Positions 61,620-64,000 of a stretch of DNA of 64,000 nt are shown here, one piece after another; positions within the stretch are counted from its first letter, which is position 1; each line of letters begins with the position of its first letter. The stretch is from Pedobacter sp. Its GTDB lineage: Bacteria; Desulfobacterota; Desulfuromonadia; Desulfuromonadales; Syntrophotaleaceae. The translations under genes and the position numbers were made by a program. The notes under the pieces are model-generated. The model searched no databases. It was not told where the DNA came from and was given only the letters and a program-made list of their open reading frames with translations. Location: NCBI GenBank assembly GCA_050253415.1, contig JBFWJC010000002.1:320001-384000 (forward strand). Reading direction: 5' to 3'.

Positions 61620-62036
61620 ATGAAGAGTCAAAGCGGTTTTACCTTGATTGAACTGGTGGTGGTTATTGTGGTTTTGGGCATTCTGGCGGCTGTTGCTGTA
61701 CCGAAGTATGTGGACCTGAAAACCGAGGCTGCCGATGCTCAAGCTCAAGGGGTTTTAGGTGCGGCACAAGCTGCAACGACATTGAATCATGCTGCCAAGC
61801 TTGTAGGGAAGGCTGCGGCAGATCTACCTGGTTATGATGCTTCCGATTGTTCTTCCGGGTTGATTGCGGGTACTGAGGCTGGTACATGTCTTGAAAATGC
61901 TATGGAGTCTTTGCCGACTGGCTGGAGTGCGACCCTTAAAACTATTCATGCGACTATCGGAACTAAAACTTACACAATTACAGTCACTGACGAAACTACT
62001 ACTGCTCCTGCAACGTTAGCTCTTACTGAAAGCTAA
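61620..62036 (+). CDS. Type IV pilin (probable major MSHA pilin)
   Basis: MKSQSG|FTLIELVVVIVVLGILAAVAVPKY, AAGGAG RBS, own upstream intergenic region and downstream terminator. Confidence 0.9.
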   Translation: MKSQSGFTLIELVVVIVVLGILAAVAVPKYVDLKTEAADAQAQGVLGAAQAATTLNHAAKLVGKAAADLPGYDASDCSSGLIAGTEAGTCLENAMESLPTGWSATLKTIHATIGTKTYTITVTDETTTAPATLALTES

Positions 62037-62136
62037 AGCAGGTTTTTATTAAATATTATATAGTTTTCTAGTTGTGTTGGTTAAGTTTTTGACTTGTCTT
62101 GGTTGGTCGCCAACAAATTATTAAAATGATTAATTG

Positions 62137-62171
62137 GGCCCACATTCAGTATGTTGATTGTGGGCCTTTTT
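62137..62171 (+). terminator. Terminator after the pilin gene
   Basis: GGCCCACATTCA..TGATTGTGGGCC-TTTTT. Confidence 0.7.
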
Positions 62172-62205
62172 ATTGTGTGCGCCAGGGCATGGCGCGTGGC
62201 GCGAA

Positions 62206-62290
62206 GGGGAAAAGGGGAAAAGGGGAAAAGGGGAAAAGGGGAAAAGGGGAAAAGGGGAAAAGGGGAAAAGGGGAAAAGGGGAAAAGGGGG
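62206..62290 (+). repeat. (GGGGAAAA)10 GGGGG octamer array
   Basis: Ten perfect units counted directly, flanked by short degenerate heptamers (GGCGCGT; CAAGTTG). Confidence 0.97.
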
Positions 62291-62335
62291 CAGGCTTCCA
62301 AGTTGACAAGTTTGGTTTGATGGGTAAGTTAGGCC

Positions 62336-62679
62336 ATGGTACACAAACCACGCCCCATATCTTCGGTGGGGTGTGTCATGTCATGCTGCGCTGCAACGGC
62401 AGTGAGGATATCTTCTTTTCCGACGCGGACTACAACCGTTTTTACCTGTTGTTGCAGGCTGGTGCAAGGCGATTCCGTTATCGCGTTCATGGTCTTCGCT
62501 GCATGACCAATCACCTTCACCTGGTTCTACAGGTGAGCGATATTCCCCTTTCCCAAAGTATGTAAAATCTTTCTTTTCGCTATTCCCAACCGATCAACCG
62601 TTGTCGCAATCGTCGTGGGCATATTTTTCAGGGCCGTTTCAAAGTGTTGCTGGTGGATGCCGACAACTATCTGTTAGAT
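62336..62679 (+). pseudogene. Decayed REP-associated tyrosine transposase (RAYT / Y1 HUH)
   Basis: MVHKPR, frameshift at about 62354, HIFGGVCHVMLRCNG..DIFF.DAD..F, CMTNHLHL (HUH), in-frame TAA at 62563, ..GHIFQGRFK.LLVDADNYLL. Truncated before the catalytic Y..NP motif. Confidence 0.85.
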
Positions 62680-62836
62680 GATCTTCCCTCAATTCCAGTG
62701 TAAATTTGGAGGACTGCCCCGCATTTGTACTCTTGAGAGGTTGAAGTATTAATAGCGAGAAAATATTAATTGTGGTGTAATGAAAAATGTCATATATATG
62801 ACAGACACAAAAAACTTCCGATCTTGAGGCAAAACA

Positions 62837-63262
62837 ATGCGGAATCAAACTGGGTTTACCCTGATCGAGGTGGTGACGGTGATAGTGGTCTTGGGTATTA
62901 TGGCTGCGGTGGCCGTGCCGAGGTTTGTCGATATGCGGGAAGAGGCGCTCGAAGCTTCAAAAGCAGCTATGAGTGGTGTGGTCAAGTCGGCCCATGCTTT
63001 GCTCGTGGCCAGAAATGCAGTCAATGGCGAGTCTTCGGTGTGGCCGTCGGTCGAGGAATTGGCCTCTGGGATCGTTGGGGAAAAGATTTCTGCCAAGGAC
63101 GATGGGGTAGAAGTGTTCATCGATGGAGTTGCCTACGTTGTGCCGACCTATTCGGACAGTGATTGCACCCAAAGAACGAAGGACAAGGTAAAGAAAGTTA
63201 AGGACAAAGATAAAAAAGAAAAAGCTGGTGATGAGGTCCAGTGTGTAGGTTCCATCCCCTGA
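62837..63262 (+). CDS. Type IV pilin (MshA/MshB-like)
   Basis: MRNQTG|FTLIEVVTVIVVLGIMAAVAVPRF and a C-terminal Cys pair. Confidence 0.88.
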   Translation: MRNQTGFTLIEVVTVIVVLGIMAAVAVPRFVDMREEALEASKAAMSGVVKSAHALLVARNAVNGESSVWPSVEELASGIVGEKISAKDDGVEVFIDGVAYVVPTYSDSDCTQRTKDKVKKVKDKDKKEKAGDEVQCVGSIP

Positions 63263-63564
63263 AACATATTTCAAGCCCCGCTCTTTCCCCATTTTACATG
63301 GATCACCAAGCACGTTTTGACGTTCCCTCGATTTTATCCTCCCCCCCCCAGTGAGTCACTACCAGTCCTCCCATTGATTTGACCGGCATGGCTCCTTTAA
63401 TACTTTTCTCTTCTCACAAATAAGGTGAATTTTAATAAACGGTTGCAACCGAAGGGGGAAATATTCCATACTGTGAACCGAATTTGACACTGGAACAGGG
63501 GCGGATTTCCATCATGAATTCCGTGGCTTGATTCCTGTTTTTCCCATCAATAAGAAGCCTTCTC

Positions 63565-64000
63565 ATGACACTTACCGTTGTCCTGAAACGATGCGGTTTT
63601 ACCCTGATCGAGTTAGTCGTCACCATGGTGCTGATCGGCATTTTGGCTGCAGTGGCCCTGCCGCGTTTTTTCGATGCCACGGCGTTTCATAGCCGTGGTT
63701 TTTACGATGAGGTGATTCAGGCGGCGCGTTATGGACAAAAACTTGCGGTGGCGAGCGGTTGCGATGTGGCGTTGAGCATCAGCGGCGGCAGTTTCGCCTT
63801 GTATCAGCGGGCCGACAGTTGCACGAGCGGTGCTTTCACCCGGGCGGTACTCAGGCCAGCGGGCAGCGATGCGTTCTCGGCTATGGCGCCATCCGGAGTA
63901 TCTCTGTCGGCGACGGCGTCTTCAATTGTTTTTGATTCGTTGGGGCGGGCGACCCCCGGTGGCGTCACGGTGTCGGTTGATGAACGCAGCTTTACCATTG
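63565..64000 (+). CDS. mshC: Minor pilin MshC-like (runs off the window; absent from the ORF track)
   Basis: MTLTVVLKRCG|FTLIELVVTMVLIGILAAVALPRF..RYGQKLAVASGC..IVFDSLGR; open to base 64000. Confidence 0.8.
   Translation, partial: MTLTVVLKRCGFTLIELVVTMVLIGILAAVALPRFFDATAFHSRGFYDEVIQAARYGQKLAVASGCDVALSISGGSFALYQRADSCTSGAFTRAVLRPAGSDAFSAMAPSGVSLSATASSIVFDSLGRATPGGVTVSVDERSFTI

Noticed and set aside
62081..62351. ORFs with FPLFPFSP / GKRGKGEK repeats
   Set aside because: Translations of the octamer array. Only the distal part of 62158-62565 is meaningful, as the RAYT remnant.
61620..63262. Conductive e-pilin
   Set aside because: These are full-length pilins with long aromatic-free stretches in an MSHA context, unlike the short aromatic-dense Geobacter PilA.
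63341..63349. C9 homopolymer upstream of mshC as a phase-variation switch
   Set aside because: Intergenic and not clearly within a promoter spacer; no further support.

Overview
A 64-kb chromosomal segment from an anaerobic Desulfuromonadales-type deltaproteobacterium. Gene content and protein sequences suggest a Pelobacter/Syntrophotalea carbinolicus-like organism; this is an inference, not a database result. From left to right: (1) an acetoin-catabolism island with acoR (5'-truncated), a sigma-54-driven thiC-thiS-thiG-thiH-acoX-thiE unit, acoA-acoB-acoC-lipA-lpd, an Fe-S nitroreductase, lipB and a YbfF-like hydrolase; (2) a metal permease and a stand-alone squalene-hopene cyclase; (3) a sigma-54 activator followed by hsp20-hsp20-clpB; (4) a BaeSR-like two-component system divergent from a Spy/CpxP + TolC/MacAB-type efflux operon; (5) a DEAD-box helicase, hsp20, a CD225/DUF2752 pair, a cold-shock protein and a PAS-GGDEF protein; (6) tRNA-Ser, SRP RNA, dnaX-ybaB-recR, PFOR, mglBA and a YcbK/MepK peptidase; (7) an MSHA-type type IV pilus operon running off the right end. 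The most notable non-genic signals are: a (GGGGAAAA)10 G-quadruplex-capable array plus a decayed RAYT/Y1 transposase between two pilin genes; a bipartite heptamer repeat found at two sites; matched AcoR-type enhancer and sigma-54 promoter pairs in front of both the thi and aco operons; a 6x24-bp coding VNTR in dnaX; and an identical C-terminal DCGKK on ThiC and PFOR. No CRISPR array, prophage or intact integrase was seen. All calls come from reading motifs by eye; no searches were run.
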